Positions 9,071 to 19,376 of a stretch of 64,000 bases of DNA are shown piece by piece. The stretch comes from a virus (Duplodnaviria; Heunggongvirae; Uroviricota; Caudoviricetes). Location of the stretch: positions 60,236 to 124,235 of IMG/VR virus record IMGVR_UViG_3300045007_000064. The stretch is one strand, 5' to 3'. Position 1 is the stretch's first letter, and each line of letters opens with the position of its first letter. The notes under the pieces are model-generated. The model searched no databases. It saw only the letters and a list, made by a program, of their open reading frames with translations, and had not been told where the DNA came from. A program made the translations under genes and the position numbers.

Positions 9071-9759
9071 TAGACTAGTCCATTCTCAAACATGACGGAT
9101 AGGGAGGGGATATCAAGGTCGTAGGCCTTGTGAGGCTCCGGGTCATTCTCGTGGTCCTGAATTGCTGCCGCGAGACTTGCCGGGGATACAACACTTTCGG
9201 GATGATCCTGGAACCACTGATCCACCGAGTCGCCCACAAACTCATCGAGATTTTGCAGAGCTGACGCGACTTCCTCAGCGGACGTAGCCGCTGCGTCTGC
9301 CGCAGCCTGAGCGGCTACAACCGCATCAGACCAGGTATCCGGCACCGAGACCGTGCCACCCGCCGACTTAGCCGTGTAGGACAACATCTCATCGATGTCA
9401 ACCGGGCCAGTACCCGCAGGAAGCAGTGCGCGGATGGGAGTGTTCTTGGAGTGAACAGACCCATTCCGCAGGTAGTACACGTCAATCTTGTAGTAGAAAG
9501 CGTGCTCACCCGGCTCCAGCTCAATCAGGTTCCCGCGGGTGTCGCGGTATCCCTCCTGGTCTGTAACCGGAAGTTCAATAAGGCCCTCATCGCCAGCCTT
9601 GATGCTGTATGTATTGAGGGTTGGAAGGACGGGAGTGCCGTCCCAGACGAGTGTGCGAGAGGGCGCAACCATCACTCGAATTGTGTAGTAGGCACCAGAA
9701 ACGAGGTCGGTAGCTGGACCAACCTTGATTTCTCGTGTAGTGACTCCTGCTGGGAACAC
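9070..9759 (-). CDS. minor tail protein
   Basis: ORF 9070..9915 trimmed to an internal GTG so it does not overlap the upstream gene; the start is uncertain. Confidence 0.45.
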   Translation of the reverse strand: MFPAGVTTREIKVGPATDLVSGAYYTIRVMVAPSRTLVWDGTPVLPTLNTYSIKAGDEGLIELPVTDQEGYRDTRGNLIELEPGEHAFYYKIDVYYLRNGSVHSKNTPIRALLPAGTGPVDIDEMLSYTAKSAGGTVSVPDTWSDAVVAAQAAADAAATSAEEVASALQNLDEFVGDSVDQWFQDHPESVVSPASLAAAIQDHENDPEPHKAYDLDIPSLSVMFENGLV

Positions 9760-9826
9760 AAACACCCCCGGTGTTATAGAGCGGAATTCTCCACATCTAT
9801 AGTACCAGGGGTGTTCGTGGGTGATG

Positions 9827-10417
9827 TTACGAGTGCTTCGCGATGTATTCGCGCATCTGCTCGATGTGCTTCGGTTCAAGTCCGAAGTTGAAGGTCGGGC
9901 TGATAACCAGACCACCAGCGTCCGTCAGCGAGCGCCAGATCATCGGGTGGATGTTGGCCCACTCATCGTCCACCGCGATAAATGGGGAGGGGTCCTTCTC
10001 CTGATCGGCTATGATCGCCTCGTACTTCCAATGGATGGAAGGGAACTCGGTCTTGCCGTTGATCGGGTGAAGTACTCGCTGCGGGTCATGGAGGAGCTTC
10101 ATGGCGGTGCCAACCTTCAGGGCGTCCTCACGCCAGGTGGTTGTCCAAACCCACTCGACATTCTCCAGACTGTTCAGGGCGTCGATGAGGCGAGAGTTCC
10201 ACACCATCTTGAAGCCCTGGAATGAGCGGTAGCCACCCCATCCAGCGGGAACGTTCTCATCTTTCCTCTTACCGAAATCATCGAACTCTGGCATGACGTA
10301 CTCACTCAGAAGACCCGCGTCGTCCGTGTCTCCCTCCTGACGCCACTTGACGGCGTTCCAGTCGGCATTGAGGCATCCATCGATGTCCTCGTATATTCGA
10401 ATCAGCTTATTCACCAT
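9827..10417 (-). CDS. HAD-family phosphatase (possibly a polynucleotide 3'-phosphatase)
   Basis: Motif I YEDIDGCL (DxDG) and a later FIAVDDE segment. Confidence 0.45.
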   Translation of the reverse strand: MVNKLIRIYEDIDGCLNADWNAVKWRQEGDTDDAGLLSEYVMPEFDDFGKRKDENVPAGWGGYRSFQGFKMVWNSRLIDALNSLENVEWVWTTTWREDALKVGTAMKLLHDPQRVLHPINGKTEFPSIHWKYEAIIADQEKDPSPFIAVDDEWANIHPMIWRSLTDAGGLVISPTFNFGLEPKHIEQMREYIAKHS

Positions 10418-11277
10418 GATCGGTTTCCGTTCAGTTCACCGCGGAACTCCGTGAGGAGGTCGTTGTGGTCGATGTTTCGGGCGGTGCGGGTCTCGGTATC
10501 GAGAACGGCCATGGAGTAGTTGTTGAACTCACAGTTGAGACCGATCACGTGGGTGATGTCGCCGTACTGGCCACCGGGCCGCTGGATGTTCTCGTTCACT
10601 GCCGTGTGGTAGTGCCCGTGGAAGAAGAACTCCGGAGCTACACCCCGGAATGCTTCGGTCATCAGCAGACGACCCTCCTCGGCGTACAATAGGTCCGCCA
10701 TATGGAACCCGTGAGGGTTGCCTTGGATGGCCCTCTCGATGCCTCGAATTCCGTGGGGTGCGTCGTGTCCGATCATCACGTCCGCGTAGCCGCCAGCCAC
10801 CACGTAGTCCACGTCAGCCTGCGTAATCTGCTCCTCAGCGTACCAGAGCTGATTCGCCTTGTACTTATCCTTGGAGCGATTGTCAAGCTGGAGACGCCAG
10901 GTGCGGTCCACACTAGGAGCACCGCCGAGAGCGAGGAAGGACATACTCCACCAGTCCCAGCGGTACCCACGAGGCGCGATGAAGATGTTCGACCGATATG
11001 CCACCAGGTTCTCGCGGTCATCGCCCACCATCTCGTTGATGACGCGCCAGTTCTCGTGGTTACCTGGCACCACAATGAGCGTGATGCCGTACTCCTTGGC
11101 GTACTCGTTGACCTTCGAGGCGAACTTCATGCTCTTGTTGTCCGTGTAGATACCGAAGTCGCCTACGTGGATGACTCGCTGGACGCCCATGCGGTGCATA
11201 GACCACAGCATGAACCGGGCCGCTGCGGTGTTGCCGTGGAGGTCACCGAGGATGCCGACGAGGAGTTGAGTAGTCAT
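10411..11277 (-). CDS. calcineurin-like metallophosphoesterase
   Basis: Motifs GDLHGN, GDF and GNHE. Start chosen at the internal M (MTTQLL). Confidence 0.6.
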   Translation of the reverse strand: MTTQLLVGILGDLHGNTAAARFMLWSMHRMGVQRVIHVGDFGIYTDNKSMKFASKVNEYAKEYGITLIVVPGNHENWRVINEMVGDDRENLVAYRSNIFIAPRGYRWDWWSMSFLALGGAPSVDRTWRLQLDNRSKDKYKANQLWYAEEQITQADVDYVVAGGYADVMIGHDAPHGIRGIERAIQGNPHGFHMADLLYAEEGRLLMTEAFRGVAPEFFFHGHYHTAVNENIQRPGGQYGDITHVIGLNCEFNNYSMAVLDTETRTARNIDHNDLLTEFRGELNGNRSW

Positions 11278-11602
11278 TAGAGTCCTGTAGTTTCTGTCTG
11301 TAGTCGAAAGTCCATCTCTCACCAAACACTGGATTGTAGAGGGGTGCGATTCTTCTGACCCCGGAGGTGTCATCGATAGCTCCCTCTGGGGTGAGCTTCG
11401 CCATCATCACTCCACCAGCGGAGAGAGGCTTCTTCTGCGGTTTCCTGCTCTCTTCCAGCTCGGATTCGTACTCTAGGAGTTGTTCCTTCAGCACAGCCTC
11501 CCGCTCCTGACCGAGAGCAAGACTGGTTTTCAGTGCACTGTTTTCGGCCAGGAGACGGTTATACTGCCGCAAGAGCTTATCCAGATCGTCTTCTGCGGTC
11601 AT
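11243..11602 (-). CDS. hypothetical coiled-coil protein
   Basis: Start placed at an ATGA overlap with the upstream stop codon. Confidence 0.45.
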   Translation of the reverse strand: MTAEDDLDKLLRQYNRLLAENSALKTSLALGQEREAVLKEQLLEYESELEESRKPQKKPLSAGGVMMAKLTPEGAIDDTSGVRRIAPLYNPVFGERWTFDYRQKLQDSNDYSTPRRHPR

Positions 11603-12270
11603 GGCAGGTAGTCCAGCCACTCAACGATGGTGGCCTCGGAGACAAGCTCCATGTCCCAGGCGTCGGGGCCGACGTGGAACATCGGCGTGCCCTCCAGGGA
11701 TGTGTGGGCCTTGTGACGACCGTGGGTGTGTCCGTGCAGTAGAGGGATGCCCTCGTCCCGCAGACGGACCTCCAGCAGACGGTCTCCACCCTCGAACTCG
11801 CGGTCACCCTCCCCGTCATACGGGTAGTGGCTCAGCGCGACCCGGCGACCGCCGATCTTCAGGAAGGCGAAGTCGGTGACGGTCTCAAAGGTGCCCGCCC
11901 ACTCAGGCCGCATGCGAGCGTTCAGCCCCTTGGAACGAAAGCCTGCAACCTCGTCGTGGTTTCCGGCGATCAGAATCTTCTTCCCGGGGCGCTCACGGAA
12001 CCACTCGAAGGCACCCTTCTTCGGGTTCATCGCGATGTCCCCCAGGACGTAGACCGTATCATCCGGACCTACGACGCGATCCCAGTTTGCTGCCAGCTCA
12101 GCGGCATGCTCAGCGACGAACAGAGCGATCTGTCCAGGGGTCAGGTCTTCCTTCCGCAGAAGGGGGCGACCAGCAGCGGCACGTTCTTGATTCCTCCGGC
12201 GCAACATGCGCTCCACCGACACCAACTCGTGGTTGATGTGGGGGTCGGAAGTGAAGTGTCTCTTGGTCAT
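11599..12270 (-). CDS. calcineurin-like metallophosphoesterase
   Basis: Motifs FTSDPHINH, GDI and GNHD. Confidence 0.6.
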   Translation of the reverse strand: MTKRHFTSDPHINHELVSVERMLRRRNQERAAAGRPLLRKEDLTPGQIALFVAEHAAELAANWDRVVGPDDTVYVLGDIAMNPKKGAFEWFRERPGKKILIAGNHDEVAGFRSKGLNARMRPEWAGTFETVTDFAFLKIGGRRVALSHYPYDGEGDREFEGGDRLLEVRLRDEGIPLLHGHTHGRHKAHTSLEGTPMFHVGPDAWDMELVSEATIVEWLDYLP

Positions 12271-12306
12271 AGGACCAGCCTATCAGTTAGAGTACGAACT
12301 GTCAAG

Positions 12307-12519
12307 TCACTCTCCCAGGATGAGATTCAGTCGGTCGCGCAGGAGAGTCGCCTCTTCGAACGTCATGCTGAATCCAAAGTCCTGATCGGCTGGATTGCCA
12401 TAGATATGCACCCACATTGAGGGAGTAAACGACGAATCGGAGTCCACATCGACGGAAATCGGCTCTCCATCATACATGGACAGAGGAATGTTCTCGTTAG
12501 TACGGTCTTCTAGTGACAT
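12307..12519 (-). CDS. hypothetical protein
   Basis: Small acidic ORF. Confidence 0.4.
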   Translation of the reverse strand: MSLEDRTNENIPLSMYDGEPISVDVDSDSSFTPSMWVHIYGNPADQDFGFSMTFEEATLLRDRLNLILGE

Positions 12520-13061
12520 CAGTCATCTCCGTAGTTGTAGCCGGTAACCTCGTACGTCTTGCCGCCGAAGACCTCATCCATGCGGGTGATCCACGTCTGG
12601 AGGTCTGCGCTGCCCTTGACATAGGCGAGGGTAATGTGGGGCTTGAAATCGTACTGGTTCGTGTGATCAAGTACCTGGAGTCGGGCGTTACCCTCGATTA
12701 GATTCGGCTGAGGTGAAACCTTGGCGATGACCGTGTTGTAGTCCTGACCTTCGATCCGGCTCGGGAAGAAGCTTACGTGGTCCACGAACAGGTCTTCCGG
12801 CTTCCAGCCCCGTAGAACGGCATCCACCATCCGCTTGTAGTCGGGGGATGGGTGAATACCGCCCAGCAGGGTCATGTGCGCCTTCGTCTCCGCGACTGCC
12901 CCCTGTGCGTATTTCAGCTCGGGGATATCCCCGTAGAAGAAGTCGTCCTCGTTGAGGTCCGGACCGTACGCCTGGTGGATGTCCAGCGGAGCGACATTCA
13001 GCATGAAGTATTTGAGGTCGGTGCTCTCGACCCCCTCGGGTAGAGGAATGTTAGGCACCAT
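12519..13061 (-). CDS. 2H phosphoesterase (LigT-like 2'-5' RNA ligase / cyclic phosphodiesterase family)
   Basis: Two H-x-T-x motifs (HMTL and HITL) at the spacing seen in LigT. Confidence 0.6.
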   Translation of the reverse strand: MVPNIPLPEGVESTDLKYFMLNVAPLDIHQAYGPDLNEDDFFYGDIPELKYAQGAVAETKAHMTLLGGIHPSPDYKRMVDAVLRGWKPEDLFVDHVSFFPSRIEGQDYNTVIAKVSPQPNLIEGNARLQVLDHTNQYDFKPHITLAYVKGSADLQTWITRMDEVFGGKTYEVTGYNYGDD

Positions 13062-13227
13062 TCACCTCTTCGCTGAAGGTCACGACCTGCGCCATGATCT
13101 TCTCGTGCAGCTCGAACGTGGCCGGGTGTCCCGCCACGATGAGGGAGGCAGACACCAGGGTCCACTCATCGAAGGTGAGCGTCACAGGGACCTCAACATT
13201 CGTGAATTCTGGCTGGTTATCGTCCAT
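13051..13227 (-). CDS. small hypothetical protein (58 aa)
   Basis: Not in the ORF track (under 60 aa). Strong GC3 bias, GGAG ribosome-binding site, and it fills the gap between the flanking genes. Confidence 0.4.
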   Translation of the reverse strand: MDDNQPEFTNVEVPVTLTFDEWTLVSASLIVAGHPATFELHEKIMAQVVTFSEEVNGA

Positions 13228-13960
13228 GGTTGTAACTCCAATCTGACTTGTAGATGTAATGCAGAAGACCGCTCATTCGGTCGCGGTCCCCCTTCTCAGG
13301 CAGACCGCTGGCTTCGATTTGGCCTTCGAGGTCGGACTGAAGCCGGTTGATGAGGTCGAGACCTTCATCCTTGGTGACCAGGCCAGAGCGGATTGCGCGG
13401 CAGGTTTCCAGAGCCTCGCCTTCCATGGGGAGCTTGATCTGGCCTGTACGCATGAGTTCCACGCCCTGGAATCCAAGGCGGACGGCGTGCGCGCCGAACT
13501 TCGTATCCCAGCCGTGCAGCTCGACCAGCTCCGGACGGTTCGTGGATCGATTCTTCTCGCCCGTGATCCGCATCTTCTGCGAGGTCATGTAGCCGAGGTA
13601 CTTCCGACCGGCCTGCTTGGACACGCACATATCGCGCTGCCCCTTCAGGATGTCGAAGTACTTCGAGGATTCGATGAGGTCGTCCATCCACAGGGTCGCC
13701 ATGACCTGGGGGTTGCCCTCAACGGCGAGCGTAGCGTAGTGCTTGAGGCCGTACTGCACCACGTCCGTATCCCACTTCTGAGAACGTTCGCCGTCAGTCG
13801 CGGTGCTGGTGTGCTTGGGGCGGAACTCACTGAGACCAGTGATGAAAATGGGCGGCTCGATGACAACCTGGATGATGTCTCGGTCGCTCTCGGGGGTGTT
13901 CGTGCCGTAGGCGCGAGACCCCCATTCAGCCTTGAAAAGTGTCGTCGGGTCTTCTGTCAT
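13217..13960 (-). CDS. Pol-beta-superfamily nucleotidyltransferase
   Basis: N-terminal GSRAYGTNTPESDRDI matches the nucleotidyltransferase signature hG[GS]x9-13Dh[DE]. Confidence 0.55.
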   Translation of the reverse strand: MTEDPTTLFKAEWGSRAYGTNTPESDRDIIQVVIEPPIFITGLSEFRPKHTSTATDGERSQKWDTDVVQYGLKHYATLAVEGNPQVMATLWMDDLIESSKYFDILKGQRDMCVSKQAGRKYLGYMTSQKMRITGEKNRSTNRPELVELHGWDTKFGAHAVRLGFQGVELMRTGQIKLPMEGEALETCRAIRSGLVTKDEGLDLINRLQSDLEGQIEASGLPEKGDRDRMSGLLHYIYKSDWSYNHGR

Positions 13961-14067
13961 TTCTCGGTCTCATTCCTAGGGAGTGGTAGTCCCCATCGGG
14001 GTTGTCGCACCAGCAGTATCCTTGGGCGATAAGGATGTTATCGGCCATGATTACTCGCCAGTGTGGT

Positions 14068-14274
14068 TTAGTCATCGAGGGGTGTCCAGTTCGCGTCGAG
14101 TACGTACTTCTTCAGCTCGTACTGCTGTCCGCTCTTTTCAGCCCGGATTTTGATCGTGTCGATACGCTGATTCATATCGCGTTCGGTGCGGAAGATACCA
14201 CCACCTGGGCCTCTGTAATAGGTTCGGTTGGTGAACTTCACTTCCAGGAGGAAAATCTGCTTAGGCTTTGGCAC
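14068..14274 (-). CDS. hypothetical protein
   Basis: Small ORF. Confidence 0.4.
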   Translation of the reverse strand: MPKPKQIFLLEVKFTNRTYYRGPGGGIFRTERDMNQRIDTIKIRAEKSGQQYELKKYVLDANWTPLDD

Positions 14275-14644
14275 GGATGGGTCCTCGCTTCAGGTCTCGG
14301 GGGTCGTCCATATCATCGCAAGGGCAGCCCGGACGCCCCATGCCGCCGCGGTTACCCATCTTCGGGTGCCAGATGACGGTGCAGGTTCCGTAGACGCACC
14401 GGTACTGCTCGGACTCGTCATGCGCGCGCCCCGCGCAGGCCGAGAAGAATTCGACCGCCTTGTCCTTCGGGAAGCCGAGGACGGTATCTACCCCCGTATC
14501 CTCTGCCTTGCGGTAGGCGTTGATGAGCCAGAGCCACCCGAACGGGTAGCGGCGGTGGGCGTAGATGACGACCGACCAAGGGAACGCCTTGTAGATGACG
14601 TTGTTGATCGGGACGTAGTACTTGTTATAGAGTTTCTTCAGCAT
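14261..14644 (-). CDS. hypothetical protein
   Basis: ORF that overlaps the ORFs on either side. Confidence 0.45.
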   Translation of the reverse strand: MLKKLYNKYYVPINNVIYKAFPWSVVIYAHRRYPFGWLWLINAYRKAEDTGVDTVLGFPKDKAVEFFSACAGRAHDESEQYRCVYGTCTVIWHPKMGNRGGMGRPGCPCDDMDDPRDLKRGPIRAKA

Positions 14645-14889
14645 CAGATGGGGCGACCTGCCTTCTTCATCCGCTTCCGGAAGCGCTCCTCGAAGCCGTC
14701 ACGGCTGTAGGGACGGCCTCCCAGCTCCGTCATTCGAGAGAAGTAGGCGTTGTACGCCTCCTGCATCCGGCTCTCCTGGTTCAGCCGATCCGAGTAGAAC
14801 CACGCGAACTCAGCCTGAAGCATGGCGCTCTGGTTGAGCACCTTGCCCTTGTCCCGCTCCGCGCGGTCTCTACGCTTGAAAGTAGCCAT
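14644..14889 (-). CDS. hypothetical protein
   Basis: Last ORF of the minus-strand block. Confidence 0.45.
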   Translation of the reverse strand: MATFKRRDRAERDKGKVLNQSAMLQAEFAWFYSDRLNQESRMQEAYNAYFSRMTELGGRPYSRDGFEERFRKRMKKAGRPI

Positions 14890-14937
14890 GAGGACACCCT
14901 ACCGGAACCGCCTGCTTTCGTCAACTTGAACTTTCGT

Positions 14938-14969
14938 CTTGACTTGGTAGGACGGACATGTCTATAATC
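14938..14969 (+). promoter_or_regulatory. sigma-A-type promoter giving a leaderless transcript
   Basis: TTGACT, an 18-nt spacer, then TATAAT ending 7 nt before the ATG at 14976. Confidence 0.55.
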
Positions 14970-14975
14970 GTAGGC

Positions 14976-15440
14976 ATGACCCAAGACCCTGATCGCCTGG
15001 AGCGATACGCGCTGCTCATCGAGCCGCTGTTGCCGCTGGCCAAGCGAGCTTACGGGTCCCGAGACACCATCTCACCTCAGCACGATGCCAGCCGTGAGTA
15101 CACCCGGCTGCTGTGTGAGTTCTATAATGATGGACAGGGGTCCCTCCTCGACATGGCGAAGCGCCTCGGTGTCCAGTATGCCGGGGTTCGCCGCCGAGTT
15201 GTCAACAAGGATGTCCCGGCATCCAGTCATCGCCCTCGCAAGAAGTTCCCGGAGGCCGTCTACGATGAGGCCGTCAAGGATATTCTTGCTGCCAAGGAGC
15301 AGGACACCTACACGTACCACCTGACCCTCCACAAGTACTACGAGGAGGGGCTGTCCATGGCGAAGATCGCTAAGAAGATGGGCCTGTCCAGCGCTAACCC
15401 GCTGTACTACGGCATCAATCGAATCAAGAAGGGAAAGTAG
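14976..15440 (+). CDS. helix-turn-helix DNA-binding protein
   Basis: C-terminal segment GLSMAKIAKKMGLS looks like a helix-turn-helix; first gene of the plus-strand block. Confidence 0.55.
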   Translation: MTQDPDRLERYALLIEPLLPLAKRAYGSRDTISPQHDASREYTRLLCEFYNDGQGSLLDMAKRLGVQYAGVRRRVVNKDVPASSHRPRKKFPEAVYDEAVKDILAAKEQDTYTYHLTLHKYYEEGLSMAKIAKKMGLSSANPLYYGINRIKKGK

Positions 15441-15454
15441 AGTAGACTATACAC

Positions 15455-15721
15455 ATGGAGCCAGTACTCGCAGAAGTGGGTCCGAGCGAAGGCGCTACAC
15501 AGGTGGAGCGTCCTCTGTCCGACACACTCAACAACTCTGACCGATGTGATGCATGCGGCGCGCAGGCGTTTGTGTGGATCAACATGCCCAATTCGAAGGC
15601 GGGACTGCTCTACTGCTCCCACCACTTCAACAAGTACGAGGTAAAGCTCCGTGAGCACGCCATCGACATTGTTGATGAGAGATACAAGATCAACAAAAAG
15701 GCGTCACAGTCGAGTTTCTGA
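15455..15721 (+). CDS. hypothetical zinc-ribbon protein
   Basis: Cysteine and histidine pattern CDACG...CSHH. Confidence 0.45.
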   Translation: MEPVLAEVGPSEGATQVERPLSDTLNNSDRCDACGAQAFVWINMPNSKAGLLYCSHHFNKYEVKLREHAIDIVDERYKINKKASQSSF

Positions 15722-15812
15722 CTGTACAAACCTGTAATATAATAACCTTGCAATTGCCGTAGTCTGGTAGTGTACAGGACATTTCCTGTGCTTCACCCTT
15801 GCAAGGAGAATC

Positions 15813-16298
15813 ATGGTACTCTCGCACTACTCCAAGGCGATCACATACATCGCCATGGCTGCGCTGACGTTCCTGGTCACTGCACTGTCTGACAACGCGC
15901 TGAGCACAGAAGAGATTCTGAACCTCGTCGTCATTGTCCTCGGTGCAATTGGTGTCTACCTCATCCCCAACTTCCCGGATGGAGTCGCGAAGGTCGCTAA
16001 GACCGGCGTGGCATTCTTCACGGCGGCTGTGGTTGCTGCCCTGTCGTTCCTGACAGGCGGTATCGAGGTCACCGAGTGGATTCAGATCGTCCTCGCCGCG
16101 TTCGCTGCCGTAGGTGTCTACATCGTCCCGAACGGCCCGGAGAATCCCGAGCCTGCACCGGTCGAGGTTGTCAACACCGAGGCCACGGCTGGCCCCGTCA
16201 CCACCACTAATGTGTTCGTGGCTGACCCAAAGGAGGCCGCTGACGTACTGAAGGCGACCGCCGAAGCCACTGTTGATCAGGGCTATCACGGAATCTAA
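15813..16298 (+). CDS. membrane protein with an internal tandem repeat
   Basis: About four predicted transmembrane segments. The segments VLGAIGVYLIPNFPDG and AAFAAVGVYIVPNGPEN are duplicated. Strong ribosome-binding site AAGGAG. Confidence 0.55.
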   Translation: MVLSHYSKAITYIAMAALTFLVTALSDNALSTEEILNLVVIVLGAIGVYLIPNFPDGVAKVAKTGVAFFTAAVVAALSFLTGGIEVTEWIQIVLAAFAAVGVYIVPNGPENPEPAPVEVVNTEATAGPVTTTNVFVADPKEAADVLKATAEATVDQGYHGI

Positions 16299-16305
16299 GT
16301 TCTGA

Positions 16306-16340
16306 AAACGAAACCCCGGGTCTCACGGCCCGGGGTTTTG
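16306..16340 (+). terminator. rho-independent terminator
   Basis: Hairpin CCCCGGG...CCCGGGG followed by TTTTGCTTTG. Confidence 0.6.
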
Positions 16341-16371
16341 CTTTGCCAAGTTGCAACTTCATTATAGAAAC

Positions 16372-16405
16372 CACTTGCTCGAACCCTGGTTCATCTGCTA
16401 GGATG
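16372..16405 (+). promoter_or_regulatory. candidate promoter of the nrd operon
   Basis: TTGCTC, an 18-nt spacer, then TAGGAT, upstream of nrdH. Confidence 0.4.
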
Positions 16406-16499
16406 GACGAACACTAAACACGCTTCACCAGCGAACAGATCATGGGTCTTCATGGTCTGTTTTCGTGTCTCTGGAGCCATTCTACACAAGGAGTCCACT

Positions 16500-16754
16500 G
16501 TGACCATTACCGTTCTCTCAAAGCCTTCCTGCGTTCAGTGCACCGCTACGTACCGGAAGCTTGACGCTGAGAAGCTGGAGTACAGCCCCGATGACATCTA
16601 CGAAGAGTCAAACCTCGCCGTCATCACCGAGCTTGGATACAAGGCTGCTCCTGTCGTTCTCGTCCGTGACGAGGCCGGAACCATCATCGACCACTGGGCC
16701 GGATTCCGCCCGGACAAGATTTCTGGACTTGCGTCTGAGCTGAAGGCTGCGTAA
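16500..16754 (+). CDS. nrdH: glutaredoxin-like protein NrdH
   Basis: CVQC redox motif, about 84 aa, GTG start after AAGGAG, directly upstream of nrdI and nrdE. Confidence 0.75.
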   Translation: MTITVLSKPSCVQCTATYRKLDAEKLEYSPDDIYEESNLAVITELGYKAAPVVLVRDEAGTIIDHWAGFRPDKISGLASELKAA

Positions 16755-16766
16755 GCTCGATGTGTA

Positions 16767-17156
16767 ATGAAAATCGTCTACTTCTCATCAGTCTCGGAGA
16801 ACACGCACAGGTTCGTCCAGAAGACGGGGATTCCGGCTCTACGGATTCCCCTACGTGCTGCGGAAACTCCTGCTCTCGCAACTGAGCCATACGTCCTCAT
16901 CACACCCACCTACGGCGGTGGCAGTAGACGAGGCGCAGACGTTCCCAAGCAGGTTATCCGGTTCCTCAACAACCAGGACAACCGAGCTTTGCTACGAGGG
17001 GTCATAGCCTCGGGGAACACCAATTTCGGTGCAGACTTCTGTCGCGCCGGAGAAATCGTGAGCGAGAAGTGCCAGGTACCGCTGTTGTACCGGTTCGAAC
17101 TTCTAGGCACCCCGCTCGATGTAACCGAAGTCCAATCACTAATGGAAAAGATATAA
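16767..17156 (+). CDS. nrdI: ribonucleotide reductase flavodoxin-like protein NrdI
   Basis: N-terminus [16 protein letters not shown] is typical of NrdI, and the gene sits between nrdH and nrdE. Confidence 0.8.
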   Translation: MKIVYFSSVSENTHRFVQKTGIPALRIPLRAAETPALATEPYVLITPTYGGGSRRGADVPKQVIRFLNNQDNRALLRGVIASGNTNFGADFCRAGEIVSEKCQVPLLYRFELLGTPLDVTEVQSLMEKI

Positions 17157-17160
17157 TACA

Positions 17161-19314
17161 ATGGTCGTTGCTGAGGTCGAATCCGACATCAAGGTCACGA
17201 GCGAGAAGCTCGATTACCACTCCCTGAATGCTATGCTGAACCTGTATGACGCAAACGGCAACATTCAGTTCGAGGCGGACAAGAAGGCTGCCCGCGAATA
17301 CATCATCAACCATGTCAACGCGAACCTGGTGACGATGGAATCGCTGGAGGAAAAGTTGGAGTTCCTGGTGGAGGAGGGCTACTACGAGAAGGAAGTTCTC
17401 GACCAGTACGACCCGGCGTTCATCAAGAGCCTCTACAAGAAGGTCTATGACGCGAAGTTCCGTTTCCCCACCTTCATGAGCGCGTTCAAGTTCTACCAGA
17501 GCTACGCGCTGCGCACCTTCGACGGCAAGCGCTACCTGGAGCGCTACGAGGACCGCATCGCCATCACGGCGCTGTACCTGGCTCGTGGCGATGACCTTCT
17601 GGCGGAGACGCTGGCATTCGAGATGCTGAATGGGCGCTACCAGCCCGCCACCCCCACATTCTTGAACGCTGGAAAGGCTCGCCGTGGTGAACTCGTCTCG
17701 TGCTTCCTGGTACGCACGGAGGACTCGATGGACTCGATTTCTCGGTCGGTCAACGCGGTTCTTCAGCTCAGTAAGCGCGGCGGTGGTGTCGCGATTTCGC
17801 TGACCAACCTGCGCGAGGCGGGCGCACCGATTAAGGGCATGGAGGATCAGGCTGCGGGTCTCATCCCCGTTGCCAAGATGATCGAGGACGCCGTGTCCTA
17901 TGCCAACCAGCTCGGTCAGCGTGACGGTGCTGCGGCGATCTACATCTCGGCTCACCACCCTGACGTGCTCACGGTCCTGGACTCGAAGCGTGAGAATGCC
18001 GACGCACGTATCCGCCTGAACCGCCTCTCGATTGGTCTGGTCGTTACCGACATCGTGATGCAGAAGTTCAAGTCGGGTGAAACCTTCTACACCTTCTCGC
18101 CGTACGATATCGAGAAGGAGTACGGCGTACCCATGTCGGACATCTCCATCACGGAGAAGTACGACGAGCTAATGGCGAACCCGAACATCAAGAAGACCTC
18201 CATCGATGCCCGTAAGTTCATGAAGCTCGTGGCTGAGGTCCAGTTCGAGTCCGGCTACCCGTACATCATGTTCGAGGACACGGTGAACGGCGCATCCAAC
18301 ATCGATGGCCGTGTGTCCATGTCGAATCTCTGCTCGGAAATCCTCCAGGTCTCGACTCCCTCCACGTTCAAGGAAAACCTGAACTACGATGTGATCGGCA
18401 AGGACATCTCCTGCAACCTCGGCTCGATGAACATCGCCCAGGCGATGAAGGGGCGAGACCTTGAACGTACTGTAAGGTCGGCTATTCGTGCCCTCACGGC
18501 GGTTTCGGACCTGTCCAACATCGAATCGGTCCCTTCGGTCGCACGAGGCAATGATGAGAGCCATGCAATCGGTCTAGGGCAGATGAACCTCCACGGCTTC
18601 CTGGCCAGTGAGGGCATCCACTATGACTCGCCCGAGGCCGTAGACTTCACGTCGGCCTACTTCGCAATCATCGCGTACCACGCTGTCAATGCTTCCAGGG
18701 AGATTTCGTGGGAAACCGGCAAGAAGTTTGTCGGATTCGAGAAGAGCAAGTACGCCTCGGGTGAGTACTTCGAGAAGTACATCACCAAGAGCTTCGCACC
18801 TAAGACCGAGAAGGTCCAGGCTCTCTTTGAGAAGTACGGAATCTATGTTCCGGACGAGGCAGATTGGAGCATTCTTCGAGACAGCGTGATGGATCACGGC
18901 ATGTACAACGCCTATCTCCAGGCTGTGCCGCCCACGGGATCGATTTCCTACCTGTCCAATGCAACCTCGTCCATCCACCCCATCGTGGCGCAGGTCGAGA
19001 GCCGTAAGGAGGGCAAGATCGGTCGTGTCTACGTGGCTGCGTACGGACTCACCAACGAAAACCGTGAGTTCTACAAGGATGCGTACGAGATTGGTGCGAA
19101 GGCTGTCATCGATGTGTACGCCGCCGCAACCGAGCACGTTGACCAGGGTCTTTCTTGCACCCTGTTCTTCACGGACGAGGCAACCACCAAGACGATCAAC
19201 ATGGCCCAGGGTTACGCCTGGTCCAAGGGCATCAAGACGATCTACTACATCCGCTTGCGTCAGACAGTACTTGAAGGCGTGGACATGAGTGAGTGCGTCA
19301 GTTGCGCTTTGTGA
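17161..19314 (+). CDS. nrdE: class Ib ribonucleotide reductase alpha subunit
   Basis: 717 aa with the NLCSEI active-site region and the C-terminal CxxC pair. Confidence 0.9.
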   Translation: MVVAEVESDIKVTSEKLDYHSLNAMLNLYDANGNIQFEADKKAAREYIINHVNANLVTMESLEEKLEFLVEEGYYEKEVLDQYDPAFIKSLYKKVYDAKFRFPTFMSAFKFYQSYALRTFDGKRYLERYEDRIAITALYLARGDDLLAETLAFEMLNGRYQPATPTFLNAGKARRGELVSCFLVRTEDSMDSISRSVNAVLQLSKRGGGVAISLTNLREAGAPIKGMEDQAAGLIPVAKMIEDAVSYANQLGQRDGAAAIYISAHHPDVLTVLDSKRENADARIRLNRLSIGLVVTDIVMQKFKSGETFYTFSPYDIEKEYGVPMSDISITEKYDELMANPNIKKTSIDARKFMKLVAEVQFESGYPYIMFEDTVNGASNIDGRVSMSNLCSEILQVSTPSTFKENLNYDVIGKDISCNLGSMNIAQAMKGRDLERTVRSAIRALTAVSDLSNIESVPSVARGNDESHAIGLGQMNLHGFLASEGIHYDSPEAVDFTSAYFAIIAYHAVNASREISWETGKKFVGFEKSKYASGEYFEKYITKSFAPKTEKVQALFEKYGIYVPDEADWSILRDSVMDHGMYNAYLQAVPPTGSISYLSNATSSIHPIVAQVESRKEGKIGRVYVAAYGLTNENREFYKDAYEIGAKAVIDVYAAATEHVDQGLSCTLFFTDEATTKTINMAQGYAWSKGIKTIYYIRLRQTVLEGVDMSECVSCAL

Positions 19315-19329
19315 GCGTTTGAGCTACGA

Positions 19330-19360
19330 TGAAAGGGCGGGTCTTCGGACTCGCCCTTTC
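19330..19360 (+). terminator. stem-loop after nrdE
   Basis: AAAGGGCGGGTCTTCGGACTCGCCCTTTC. Confidence 0.45.
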
Positions 19361-19376
19361 TTGACAGGAGAACCCA

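Noticed and set aside
16341-16499. NrdR-box operator upstream of nrdH
   Set aside because: Looked for the 16-bp palindromic NrdR box (acaCwAtATaTwGtgt) and found no convincing match. Only a sigma-A-like promoter is proposed.
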